A DNA stretch of 64,000 nucleotides from Candidatus Latescibacterota bacterium (GCA_965204375.1 OZ241986.1:3392001-3456000); one strand, 5' to 3'. Counted from the first letter of the stretch, positions 48,420 to 58,090 are shown. Numbers and translations: made by a program. Notes: a model not told the origin generated them from the letters alone.

Positions 48420-48753
48420 GCCGGGAGACGTAGTGGTACTTGACTTTCCTGGCGTGACGGGTACCAAACGCCGACCATCCGTAGTTGTTTCCTCTCCAGT
48501 TTATCATGCCTCGCGGCCTGATGTGATTGTTGGCCTGATTACAAGTCAAACTGCGGAATTTGGTCCTACGGACTATGTATTGCAAGATTGGTCGCAGGCT
48601 GGCTTGAGGATTCCCTCTGTTTTTCGCAGTTTTTTCGCTACTATACCTTCCGCTACCCATCCTACGGTTGTCGGCCATCTATCTAACCGCGATTGGCAGG
48701 GCGTATGTGCGTGTGTAAGAATTGCTCTGGAGCCATTGTCTTCCTCAGAGTGA
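48412..48753 (+). CDS. PemK/MazF family toxin
   Basis: 'KPGDVVVLDFP...KRRPSVVVS', 'DVIVGLITS', 'AGLRIPS'; GGAGG RBS lies inside the upstream gene. Confidence 0.9.
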   Translation: MFKPGDVVVLDFPGVTGTKRRPSVVVSSPVYHASRPDVIVGLITSQTAEFGPTDYVLQDWSQAGLRIPSVFRSFFATIPSATHPTVVGHLSNRDWQGVCACVRIALEPLSSSE

Positions 48754-48847
48754 TCGGATATCCCACCAACAACAGAGACACATAATGGCGCGGAAAGCAA
48801 TGAGAGAGTCAAAACCATTGTCCTCGATCTCCTTTAAGAGAACGGCC

Positions 48848-49114
48848 ATGCCCTATACTGATTATACGTCCCAGGAAGTCGCATCACGCGGTGAAGCAAT
48901 ATATGTGCATATCCGGGACAAAGTGGATCCCAAGCACAAAGGCAAGTTTTTGGTCATAGACATTGAAACAGGGGAATACGAAATCAACGCTGACGATTTA
49001 GTCGCTACAAAACAGCTACTTGCCAAACATCCCAATGCAGTCATTTACGGTTTGCGAATTGGATTCCCAACCGCCTACCGCATCGGGAGTAGTTTTATTG
49101 AACCGGATATCTGA
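48848..49114 (+). CDS. Small conserved hypothetical protein (DUF5678-like)
   Basis: 'EVASRGEAIY...GKFLVIDIETGEYE...YGLRIG'. Confidence 0.65.
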   Translation: MPYTDYTSQEVASRGEAIYVHIRDKVDPKHKGKFLVIDIETGEYEINADDLVATKQLLAKHPNAVIYGLRIGFPTAYRIGSSFIEPDI

Positions 49115-49116
49115 CT

Positions 49117-49833
49117 TCACTCAAAGAACCCCTCATCGTGGGGTCGCAAATCGATCTCGAAACCCCAGGCACCTTTGTCCTGTTGCACCAGGCTCCAATA
49201 GGCATCAGCCACGGCGTCGATATTCATGAGAGGTTCGCTCTCCTCGACATCTCCTCTCTCGTGCAATAGAGGAGTATCCAGCACCCCATCTATGATAACG
49301 TGGGCCACGTGAATGCCTTCGGGCCACAGCTCGCGGGCCAACGCCCAGGCTAAACCGCGCACTGCAAACTTGGCACTACTGAAAGCAAGGGCACCTGCCC
49401 GGCCCCGAATGGACGAGGTGGCTCCGGTGAAAAGGATAGCGCCACTGCCCGCAGATAGCATATCGCCAGCCGCTTCCCTGGCGCATAGAAAGGAGCCGTA
49501 GGCACACACGCGCCAGGATTGCTCAAACTCATCCGGAGTCAGTTCGTGGAACCCTTTCCAGGCAGCATTGCCGGCGTGGTTGATCAGGACATCAACCGGA
49601 CCCAGTTCCTCGCGCACCCGGGCAAAACTCCGGGTCACCTGCTGGGGATCGGTGATATCCGTGGGTACAGCTAAAGCTCTCACACCTTCTTGCAGCAGTT
49701 CTTCAGCCAGTCTCTGGATATAATCAGGGGACCGGGCCAGCAATCCCACCTGATAGCCTTCGCTTGCAAACTTCCTCACCAACGCGGCACCTAAACCAGA
49801 GCCGACCCCTGAAATAACAGCCGTTTTGGACAT
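49117..49833 (-). CDS. SDR family oxidoreductase
   Basis: GVGSGLG, 'FTGATSSIRG', FSSAK, 'HVAHVIIDG'. Confidence 0.92.
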   Translation of the reverse strand: MSKTAVISGVGSGLGAALVRKFASEGYQVGLLARSPDYIQRLAEELLQEGVRALAVPTDITDPQQVTRSFARVREELGPVDVLINHAGNAAWKGFHELTPDEFEQSWRVCAYGSFLCAREAAGDMLSAGSGAILFTGATSSIRGRAGALAFSSAKFAVRGLAWALARELWPEGIHVAHVIIDGVLDTPLLHERGDVEESEPLMNIDAVADAYWSLVQQDKGAWGFEIDLRPHDEGFFE

Positions 49834-49849
49834 AGTAATCTCCTTTTTT

Positions 49850-50878
49850 TTACAGATCTTGCGCCCCCATCGGATGCGGACCATGGGTCATCACGCCCTG
49901 TCGCGCGTGGGCATAAACCGCATCTTGAATCTCGAGAATACGCACCGCATCAACAATCGTCGGCTCAAACGCATTGCCCTCACGGCTCGCATCTAACGCC
50001 GTACCCATCACGCGCTGCATGCGCTCGCCGTGCGAAATATCCTCGCTAAACTGGACGCCCTCAGTCGTGTGAACCTCAATCAAAGGCTCGCCATTGCGGC
50101 CGTACTGCTCAAAAACCGAAGCCTTTGTACCGATAAATCTAAAAAAATGATCGCCACTGCGCGTACCCGCCGGATAAGAATAACCAGACTCAACAATCCC
50201 GGTAATACCGTCATCCGTCCGCAACACGCCGACACCGCTATCCTCCACACCCCGGCTATACATCGCATTGGACATCACCGCACCAACAACGGAAATATGC
50301 CGATCACCAACAAATTGCAAAAACGTATCAATCCCATGCGCCGCCTCAACTGCCCAGCAGCCACCACCGGAAATACCCGGATCATTGTGCCACGCTGACG
50401 GCGTCGGATCATAGCGGGACGGAGGCCCGTTATTCAACCTGCTGTTATACAGCACCAAATCGCCCAAACTACCATCTGCCACCATATCTTCCACCACGCG
50501 GACAATTCGGCTCGCGCGATTGGGCAGCACCAGCGCACTGAACACACCGTACTTCTCCGACGCCTCCGCAGCGGGACGCAAGCGATCAGCACAATCGGCA
50601 AACGGCTTATCCAGAAGATAGGGAACGCGCCGATCGACACACGCCTGCACATGAGACGGCATCTCAACGTGTTTCCCCGCGACAAGCGCCGCATCTGGCT
50701 GGCACGCATCGAGACACGCACCTGCCGACTCAAACCCACGGCATTGAAACTCATCCGCCAACTGTTGCCGAGGACCTGCATCACCATCCATAACACCGAC
50801 AATATCGTGACCGAGACCGTGCGCTGTACGCGCCATACCGCGACCGTGGTGACTATAGGAAAGAACGACCAGTTTCAT
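49850..50878 (-). CDS. Gfo/Idh/MocA oxidoreductase
   Basis: 'LDKPFA', 'SGGGCWAVEAAHGID'. Confidence 0.85.
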   Translation of the reverse strand: MKLVVLSYSHHGRGMARTAHGLGHDIVGVMDGDAGPRQQLADEFQCRGFESAGACLDACQPDAALVAGKHVEMPSHVQACVDRRVPYLLDKPFADCADRLRPAAEASEKYGVFSALVLPNRASRIVRVVEDMVADGSLGDLVLYNSRLNNGPPSRYDPTPSAWHNDPGISGGGCWAVEAAHGIDTFLQFVGDRHISVVGAVMSNAMYSRGVEDSGVGVLRTDDGITGIVESGYSYPAGTRSGDHFFRFIGTKASVFEQYGRNGEPLIEVHTTEGVQFSEDISHGERMQRVMGTALDASREGNAFEPTIVDAVRILEIQDAVYAHARQGVMTHGPHPMGAQDL

Positions 50879-50893
50879 GCATTTTCTCCCTTC

Positions 50894-51670
50894 TCAATCC
50901 AACGCCACAATAGACCGGCACAGTTCTTTACCGCGCTCTGACAGAGAATTGTAAATCGCGCGGGGCATATCGCCATCTCGTCCGGGTCGGCGAAACCAGG
51001 GCGCGTAATAGCCCACACTCGTCATAATACGCACATCCCGAGACATATTGGCCGTACCCCCGTGCCAGCAGCGCACATCTCGAAAAATCGCCGACTTGCT
51101 CGGCGCGCAAGCCACGGAATGCTTCATCCAATCGGGTTCATCCTCCGGACTGGGAATCGGCTGGCGCGAGCGATGGGTGCCGCGGATAAATCGCGTAGCC
51201 CCATTCTCCACACTAAAATCAATCATCGGAAAATTAACCACAATAAACGGCACCGGAACATCCATAATCGTCACCCGCTGCTCGGGATCATTGATCACAT
51301 CGGACATATCGCGATGAAGTTGCTGAATTTTTGCACCCGGCAGCGAATAATCGCCGCCAGCACCACTGCACACAAACTGATTACTATTGAAAATAGCTTC
51401 AATAATAGGTAGAATAGTAGGCAGATCAACCAGCATCGCCCATTCGGGATGATGGATCTGCGAACCAAATGAATAACGCGCAAACCCCCTGTTCGCCTTC
51501 TCCAGTGGAATCGCGCTCGTCTGCTCCGCAACAACGCGATGCGCGCCATCCTTCAAAAAAGCGAACTGTTCATCGGTCAGCGCATCCGTCACAACAGCAA
51601 GCCCATCGCGGTGAAAAACAGAGGCTGCGCGGTCAACTTCTGACGGTTCAATAAATTCGAGATCGAGCAT
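50894..51670 (-). CDS. PhyH family dioxygenase
   Basis: HRD, 'NGATRFIRGTH', WHGG; GGAG RBS. Confidence 0.9.
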   Translation of the reverse strand: MLDLEFIEPSEVDRAASVFHRDGLAVVTDALTDEQFAFLKDGAHRVVAEQTSAIPLEKANRGFARYSFGSQIHHPEWAMLVDLPTILPIIEAIFNSNQFVCSGAGGDYSLPGAKIQQLHRDMSDVINDPEQRVTIMDVPVPFIVVNFPMIDFSVENGATRFIRGTHRSRQPIPSPEDEPDWMKHSVACAPSKSAIFRDVRCWHGGTANMSRDVRIMTSVGYYAPWFRRPGRDGDMPRAIYNSLSERGKELCRSIVALD

Positions 51671-51692
51671 AACATCTCCAAAGGAGGTTGTT

Positions 51693-52553
51693 GTGGATGA
51701 AAAAACAGATAACCTGCAAGACACGTACGAGCCTGGCGAATACGACCCCGCGCTCTACAACTACGCCCACATCGCCGAATGCGTTGACGGCTTTGAAAAC
51801 GTGAGCGACGAACACATCGCACAATTTCACGCACAGGGCTTTTTGCCAATACAGGGCGCGTATGCCAGCGCACAGGTCAACGACGCCATGGCCGCAGTAA
51901 AAGAATTAATCGCAGGACAAAATCGCGAATTCCGGGGCGTACAATTCGAGCGCGGACGCGCCAAACAGGTCAAACGCTCAACGGGTCACGCGCGCGAACT
52001 ACTCGTGCGAAAACTCACCCGATTTGTCGGATATGATCCGCGCCTGGACGCACTTGGCGAAGACCCCCAACTGATAGATATCTTAACCCGCATCATGGGT
52101 GAACCCCCCAAATTATTTGCCGACCAGGCCATGTTAAAACCGCCCGGCATTGGACGCGAAAAACCCTGGCACCAGGATCACGCCTACTTCAATCTGCCCA
52201 TGCACACCTGCATCGTCAGCGCGTGGGTTGCCCTCGACCCCGCGGATCCAGAAAACGGCTGCATGCACGTCATCCCCCAAAGCCATCGAGCAGGACCCGT
52301 CATACATTTCAAAAGACGCGACTGGCAAATCTGCGACACCGATGTCGCCCGCAACCACATCACCGCAGTCGCCCTGCAACCCGGCGGCGTATTGCTCTGG
52401 CACGGGCGATTGCACCACGGCTCCCCGCCCAACCGATCAGACCGTCGCCGCCGCGCCCTGCAACTGCACTACATACCCGGGTCCATAGAGACGATCACCT
52501 CAGAAGAACGCCTCGCCGTCTATGGCAGCGAAGGCAAGAACGTGACGTGTTAG
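51693..52553 (+). CDS. PhyH family dioxygenase
   Basis: 'KPWHQD', 'NGCMHVIPQSH', HHGS. Confidence 0.92.
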   Translation: MDEKTDNLQDTYEPGEYDPALYNYAHIAECVDGFENVSDEHIAQFHAQGFLPIQGAYASAQVNDAMAAVKELIAGQNREFRGVQFERGRAKQVKRSTGHARELLVRKLTRFVGYDPRLDALGEDPQLIDILTRIMGEPPKLFADQAMLKPPGIGREKPWHQDHAYFNLPMHTCIVSAWVALDPADPENGCMHVIPQSHRAGPVIHFKRRDWQICDTDVARNHITAVALQPGGVLLWHGRLHHGSPPNRSDRRRRALQLHYIPGSIETITSEERLAVYGSEGKNVTC

Positions 52554-52560
52554 ACGTATG

Positions 52561-53640
52561 TCACACCTTTTTCGCGTCTTCCCTATCACATACTGCCTCG
52601 CCTCCTGCAATGGCGACGCGCATCGCATTGAGACCGTCTTCGTGCGTAACGCTAAACGGCGCATCATTGATACACTGCGTAATAAAATAATCGAGTTCAT
52701 TCTTATACGACTCGCCAAAACGGGTAATAAACACGGGCACATCGGGACCGTAATCCCGCAAAGAGATGGATTCTTTGTAAATTACACCATCGCGACCGTA
52801 CGCCTCCACCTCAACCCTGTGCGGATCCTCCTGAAAATGACCCACGTGAATCACCCCGCCATCGCCGTAAATCCAGGTCGCATTGCGATATCCCGCAACG
52901 TGATTGCGGCTGACAATGACCTGACCAATTAAGCGACCGGGAAACCACATCTGCAAAAAGGCATCATCGTAATCCTCTTTGACAGTCGTGATAGTACAAT
53001 TGTAAAGATTGGACCCAAACGCAGCGACATATTCGGGCAGGGAACCGCCGAGCAACCAGAGAATCTCATCGCAATTGTGAACAGCCATATCGCTGAGCAA
53101 ACCCGCGCTATTATAGCCAACGGGCGGTGGAATAGGGTCTTCCAAAACCGAGACAATTTTGAACACATTGCCGATAGCCTTTTGTTCCAACAATGCTTTT
53201 GCCTTCAACAACGGAGCGTCAAACCGGCGCATAAAAGCCAGCATCAGCGCGTTTTTCCTTCTGGGATCTCGATTCAAATCGGCAACAAAAGCCTCGGCAG
53301 ACGCGATCGAATGGGTCAGCGGCTTCTCCAAAAGCACGCGACAACCCGCGTCAATAAGCGTACGCGCATCGCGCTCGTGGTCTTCTGTGCGTGACGCAAC
53401 AAGCGCGGCATCGATTGCATTCGACGCAGCGAGATCAGACACATCGTTAAACGCGTGAATCTCCGTCGCCTGATCTGCCTGAAGCTCTGCTGCAACGCGA
53501 CTGGCCGTATCGCCATAAGTATCGGACACAGCGACGAGATCACACACACCCGTTTCCCGGGCGAGTTCCTGAACATGCCGGGCGTGAAAAACGCCAATGC
53601 GCCCAACACCGACCACGGCCATGCGGATGGGTTTATTCAT
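52561..53640 (-). CDS. Gfo/Idh/MocA oxidoreductase (inositol 2-dehydrogenase-like)
   Basis: GVGRIG, EKP, 'FMRRFD', 'DMAVH'. Confidence 0.9.
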   Translation of the reverse strand: MNKPIRMAVVGVGRIGVFHARHVQELARETGVCDLVAVSDTYGDTASRVAAELQADQATEIHAFNDVSDLAASNAIDAALVASRTEDHERDARTLIDAGCRVLLEKPLTHSIASAEAFVADLNRDPRRKNALMLAFMRRFDAPLLKAKALLEQKAIGNVFKIVSVLEDPIPPPVGYNSAGLLSDMAVHNCDEILWLLGGSLPEYVAAFGSNLYNCTITTVKEDYDDAFLQMWFPGRLIGQVIVSRNHVAGYRNATWIYGDGGVIHVGHFQEDPHRVEVEAYGRDGVIYKESISLRDYGPDVPVFITRFGESYKNELDYFITQCINDAPFSVTHEDGLNAMRVAIAGGEAVCDREDAKKV

Positions 53641-53731
53641 AGAGAATTCCTCTAATACAGATTATGATGGTCTATTGAATGTGAATGAATAGCGATCCAC
53701 AACCTCTGTCAACCCCATTCTGGAGGTAAAA

Positions 53732-54751
53732 ATGAAAGCAGCTGCAATATTTGGTGAACGCAAAGGCGGCGTAATTGACGTCCCAGATCCAAAGCCAAAA
53801 GACAACTGGGTACTGGTAAAAATTCACGCCGCGCCAATGTGTACAGAATACAAAGGATTTACAGGCGGCAGAAAAACCACCTCACTGGGACACGAAGCAG
53901 CCGGCGAAGTCGTTGAAATCGCCCAACCCGGGCGCGTATCAGTCGGCGACCGCGTCGCCGTAATGCCCCAATATCCGTGTGGCATCTGTCCACTATGTAT
54001 CAGCGGCGATTATATCCACTGCCAGCAAAGCATCAACTTCGCTGAATTCACAGGCGGAAACGAAGGCCGAGCCACCATGGCACAGTACCTGTTAAAACCC
54101 GACTGGCTACTGCCAAAAATTCCAGACGACGTCTCTTACGAACACGGCGGAATGGCCTGTTGCGGTCTGGGACCCACATTTGGCGCCATACAGCGCATGC
54201 AAGTAAACGCCTATGACACATTCATGGTCACCGGTCTCGGTCCCGTAGGACTTGGGGGCGTCATCAACGGCAAACACCTCGGCGCGCGCGTAATCGCCGT
54301 CGATATCAACCCCTATCGGCGCGAAAAAGCCCTCGAACTGGGTGCAGACGAAACAATCGATCCCCTCGAAGAAAACGCCCTGCAACAAATCATGGACCTC
54401 ACCAACGGCGTTGGCGTGGATGCTGCCGTAGATTGCTCGGGCGCAGTATCTGCACACCGCCTGTGCATCGACGCCGCACGACGGCGCGGACAAGTCGCAT
54501 TCGTCGGCGAATGCGGAGAAGAAACCCCCTTGCGAATCAGCCAGGACATGATCCGAAAAGGAATCACACTCGTCGGATCATGGCATTACAACTTAAAAGA
54601 CGTACCAAAACTCATGCAAGTCGTCCGCGCAAACACAGACAAATTGGATCGCCTGATCTCACATACATTTTCACTGGACGAAGTGCAAAAAGCTTGGGAA
54701 TTGCAAACCACAGGCGCGTGTGCAAAAGTCGTATTAAAACCGTGGGAGTGA
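53732..54751 (+). CDS. Zinc-dependent alcohol dehydrogenase
   Basis: GHE, CGICPLC...C structural Zn site, GLGPVG. Confidence 0.93.
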   Translation: MKAAAIFGERKGGVIDVPDPKPKDNWVLVKIHAAPMCTEYKGFTGGRKTTSLGHEAAGEVVEIAQPGRVSVGDRVAVMPQYPCGICPLCISGDYIHCQQSINFAEFTGGNEGRATMAQYLLKPDWLLPKIPDDVSYEHGGMACCGLGPTFGAIQRMQVNAYDTFMVTGLGPVGLGGVINGKHLGARVIAVDINPYRREKALELGADETIDPLEENALQQIMDLTNGVGVDAAVDCSGAVSAHRLCIDAARRRGQVAFVGECGEETPLRISQDMIRKGITLVGSWHYNLKDVPKLMQVVRANTDKLDRLISHTFSLDEVQKAWELQTTGACAKVVLKPWE

Positions 54752-54908
54752 ATCCGCAGATGACGCAGATGAACGCAGATAAAGATGAATGCAGATAAAG
54801 ATGAATGCAGATAAAGATGAATGCAGATAAAGATGAATGCAGATAAAGATGAATGCAGATAAAAAAGAAGGGCTGGTTGGGTGGTCGTCTCACGTCTTGC
54901 GTCTCACC
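54752..54908 (+). repeat. ATCCGCAGAT-family element containing a 16-bp tandem array
   Basis: atccgcagatgacgcagatgaac, then 5 perfect copies plus 9 nt of GCAGATAAAGATGAAT (54775-54863), then aagggctgg and acgtcttgcgtctcacc. Confidence 0.9.
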
Positions 54909-54928
54909 GATTTTGGAGGAAGAACCCA

Positions 54929-55951
54929 ATGCTGAAATGTGCAATAATCGGCGTAAGTGGCGGGCGAGCGCGGGGATTGGCGGAAGCGTATCAACACGTA
55001 ACGCACGGCAAACTCGCCGCAATCTCTACGCGAACAGAAGAAAGTCTGCACGCATTTGGCGATACATTTGACGTCAATACGCGATATTTGGACTATCGGG
55101 AAATGTTTGAAAAAGAACAGCCAGATCTGGTACACGTAAATACCCCGCCCAGTGTGCGACTGGAAGTATTCGAAGCCGCGGAAAACGCCGGTGTACCCGC
55201 TGTCCTCGTGGAAAAACCCATAGCAATTCAGGGAGAAGACTGGCGCGCCATCAAAGACTTTGCAACAACCGCAAAAACCAAAATCGCGATAAATCACCAG
55301 CTACACTTTCACCCGCGCAGGCAGCATTTGCAAAACATCGTACAGGAAGGAAAAATCGGCGACATCCGATTTATCGAAGCGAGCTGCGGCATGAACCTGG
55401 CGTATCAGGGCACCCATGCACTACAAGCCATCGCCGCCTTTCATCCAGACGGCCTCCCCATAAAAGTAATGGGACAAACCTCTGGCACGGACGGCCTGGA
55501 AGACACGCCAAAAAAGCATTTCGCGCCCGACCAGTGCATCGGCGCAATAGAATATGCCGATGGCCTGCGCGCCCAACTCATCTCGGGACCCTTTGCCCCC
55601 CGCGTAACAAATGAAGACCGCACCAATGTCCACAAGCGAATTGCCGCCTATGGCACGCGGGGATATGTACACTGGACCATGTGGTCGTGGGAGGTAGGTA
55701 TCGATGGCCGCATTGAGCGGGGCACCCACGAATACCCGGACGAAGACATACTCGGACAAGCGGCCATGACAGACGCCATGCTACAATGGATTGAAAACGA
55801 TACAAAGGTCCATCCACTAAACCTCAACCTCGCCTTGCGCGACTTCAACATCATCCTGGGAATCTACACAAGCGCGCTGGAACATCGGCCCGTAGAACTA
55901 CCCTGCGAACCAGCAGATAATCTGATCCATGCCTTGCGAACGCGCCTTTAG
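54929..55951 (+). CDS. Gfo/Idh/MocA oxidoreductase
   Basis: 'VEKPIA', 'QGTH'; GGAGG RBS. Confidence 0.88.
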   Translation: MLKCAIIGVSGGRARGLAEAYQHVTHGKLAAISTRTEESLHAFGDTFDVNTRYLDYREMFEKEQPDLVHVNTPPSVRLEVFEAAENAGVPAVLVEKPIAIQGEDWRAIKDFATTAKTKIAINHQLHFHPRRQHLQNIVQEGKIGDIRFIEASCGMNLAYQGTHALQAIAAFHPDGLPIKVMGQTSGTDGLEDTPKKHFAPDQCIGAIEYADGLRAQLISGPFAPRVTNEDRTNVHKRIAAYGTRGYVHWTMWSWEVGIDGRIERGTHEYPDEDILGQAAMTDAMLQWIENDTKVHPLNLNLALRDFNIILGIYTSALEHRPVELPCEPADNLIHALRTRL

Positions 55952-55955
55952 GGTT

Positions 55956-56082
55956 TATCCACGAAGAACACCGAACGGGGTACAACTGGCCGTCTCTCAG
56001 GCCAGTTCACAACACGAAGGAGGCAGCATTCTCTTAAACATTATTCATATTCTTCGTGTCCCTTCGTGTCCCTTAGTGGATA
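55956..56082. repeat. MITE/REP-like element with inverted ends
   Basis: tatccacgaagaacac ... cttcgtgtcccttcgtgtcccttagtggata, between convergent genes. Confidence 0.6.
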
Positions 56083-56096
56083 TCTTTTCGCCTTTC

Positions 56097-57104
56097 TCAA
56101 TCCCAAATATAATCCGTCGCACCTTCTTCACAAACAAAAGCCGACTCGATCATCGCATTCAAATCGCCTTGCGGACGATAATCAATCAGACTCTTAGCTT
56201 TGCCAATCGCATGATCATACATGTACTGTAGCGGAACCCTGACCTCGAGCGGATCAACCCCTCTTTTTTCTGCAATCAACCGCGCCCCTTCGGTAAAAGG
56301 AAATGGCTCTGGCGCACCCGCATTAAACGACTCGCCCAGCGCCGCGCCAGAATTCAGCGCACAAACCAGACAATGGGCAATATCGCGGGCATCCTGCGGT
56401 TGATAAAGCCACGGGCGCCCGTCTTCATCCGTAATACTACACGGTTGCTGCGGAGACGCCGCCTTCGCTTCAATATCGTGCCAGAGTTCCGTACCATCTG
56501 CCATATAGAGTTCGGTACCGGGCCTTTCCTGGCTTTTCTTCAACAAATTGACCACGCGAGCAACACTGAACTGATTCAAAATTTTAGTCCCGGACAAAAC
56601 GTGACTCGGGCGCACAATCGAATAGCGCAAACCCGTCTCTCGATTAGCGCGCTCTGCCATCACCTCGCCGAAATACTTGGACATAGAATACTCGCCATCC
56701 GGGCGTTTGGGATGCAATTCATCCACCGGATGATACGCACACGGGACATTTTCGCCATTATTGGGAAACACACCCGAAGAACTGGTATAAACATAGCGTT
56801 CGAGGCGGTCGGCAACGCCCTCACACGCGCGTGTAACCTGGAGATTGATCTGATTATTAAGCTCAAAATGCGGACCAACGAGATTGGCCGTGTGAATCAC
56901 CGCATCCACGCCCTCGACGGCATCTTTAACATAAGATAAATCCGTCAAATCCCCCTCGCGCAACTCGATATCGACGCCATCGAGGCGGCTGCGCGCGGGA
57001 TCGTCGGGAAGAATGGTCCCCCGAACTTCGCAATTCTGGTCGAGCAACTGGCGCACCAATCGGCAACCCACCTGTCCAGCAGCGCCTGTAACGAGAACTT
57101 TCAT
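56097..57104 (-). CDS. NAD-dependent epimerase/dehydratase
   Basis: TGAAGQVG, SS, YSMSK. Confidence 0.9.
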   Translation of the reverse strand: MKVLVTGAAGQVGCRLVRQLLDQNCEVRGTILPDDPARSRLDGVDIELREGDLTDLSYVKDAVEGVDAVIHTANLVGPHFELNNQINLQVTRACEGVADRLERYVYTSSSGVFPNNGENVPCAYHPVDELHPKRPDGEYSMSKYFGEVMAERANRETGLRYSIVRPSHVLSGTKILNQFSVARVVNLLKKSQERPGTELYMADGTELWHDIEAKAASPQQPCSITDEDGRPWLYQPQDARDIAHCLVCALNSGAALGESFNAGAPEPFPFTEGARLIAEKRGVDPLEVRVPLQYMYDHAIGKAKSLIDYRPQGDLNAMIESAFVCEEGATDYIWD

Positions 57105-57124
57105 AAAAACTCCTTTTTGATTTA

Positions 57125-57928
57125 CTACATAGAACCCCTTGTTTGATAAGCATCTGCCCTTACTTGCCGCGCCGTCTGTTTGTTCTTTTGCCAGTACGCG
57201 TCAATGGGTTTATCGCGATTCTGGGGTGGCGTCCTGAACGTAAGCGTATAAGCTCTACGCGGAACATCTGTGCGATTTGGCTCTGCGTAATGCAGCATAT
57301 AACACGCGTGAAGCGAAGCCCCGCCAGCCGCAACAGGACAGGGAACCGCCCGTTTGGCATACGCTTCGGGATTATCAACCTCAAGACCGTGAATGCGCGG
57401 ATCCCGGTTAATACTGTGATGCGGCAAAACATCGAGCTTATGGCTACCCGGAATAAACTGCAAACAGCCCGAATCGACCGTCGCATCGTCCAGCGGCATC
57501 CAAAAATTTACGCCTTTGTACGCCAACTCAGGATTGTGATACGCCTGATCCTGATGCCATGGCGTTGCCGCACCAATACGCGGAGGTTTGTAAATCATAT
57601 GCTCGCCATTCCTATCGAGCATATCAGAACCCAGCAATTGCCGCGCAATCGCCCGCGCATTGGCCAAATAGAGCGTATCCTTCAACTCCAGAGCAAAACG
57701 ACTGGGACCGAGCAATTGCGGAAGACGCGGTTGATCATCCTCATCGGTACCCGCCAGATCAAACTGACTCCCCTGATCCCACCCCGTGCGATCCGAAAAA
57801 AGTCGATCGTAAATTTCCCGAAGCTGTTCCACCTCCTCCTCCGTCGTAATCGCATTGAGAACGAGAAACCCATCTTCGTGAAATGAATGGACTTGTTCCT
57901 GTGAAAGAGAAATTGTTGGCTCTGGCAT
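57125..57928 (-). CDS. PhyH family dioxygenase
   Basis: 'TPWHQD', 'GCLQFIPGSH', distal His. Confidence 0.92.
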   Translation of the reverse strand: MPEPTISLSQEQVHSFHEDGFLVLNAITTEEEVEQLREIYDRLFSDRTGWDQGSQFDLAGTDEDDQPRLPQLLGPSRFALELKDTLYLANARAIARQLLGSDMLDRNGEHMIYKPPRIGAATPWHQDQAYHNPELAYKGVNFWMPLDDATVDSGCLQFIPGSHKLDVLPHHSINRDPRIHGLEVDNPEAYAKRAVPCPVAAGGASLHACYMLHYAEPNRTDVPRRAYTLTFRTPPQNRDKPIDAYWQKNKQTARQVRADAYQTRGSM

Positions 57929-58090
57929 CTGCGGCCTCCTCGCTATAATCACAACTATTTGTGCGATGCAGAATAATGTCAACAGGCCAATTCGTCAAGA
58001 GGTTCTGATTATCAGCGCGGAACACTTGCTAAGAAACGAATTTAAAAGTAAATTATCACTTGAACGAACAAAAATAGGAAAGGAACATCT

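Noticed and set aside
54775-54863. Possible CRISPR array
   Set aside because: Contiguous 16-bp tandem units with no unique spacers; no cas genes in the window.
54612-55071. ORFs 54612-55022 (-) and 54853-55071 (+) spanning or abutting the repeat element
   Set aside because: The repetitive ICIHLYLHSSLSAF peptide of the minus-strand ORF is a translation of the tandem repeat; both ORFs overlap real genes.
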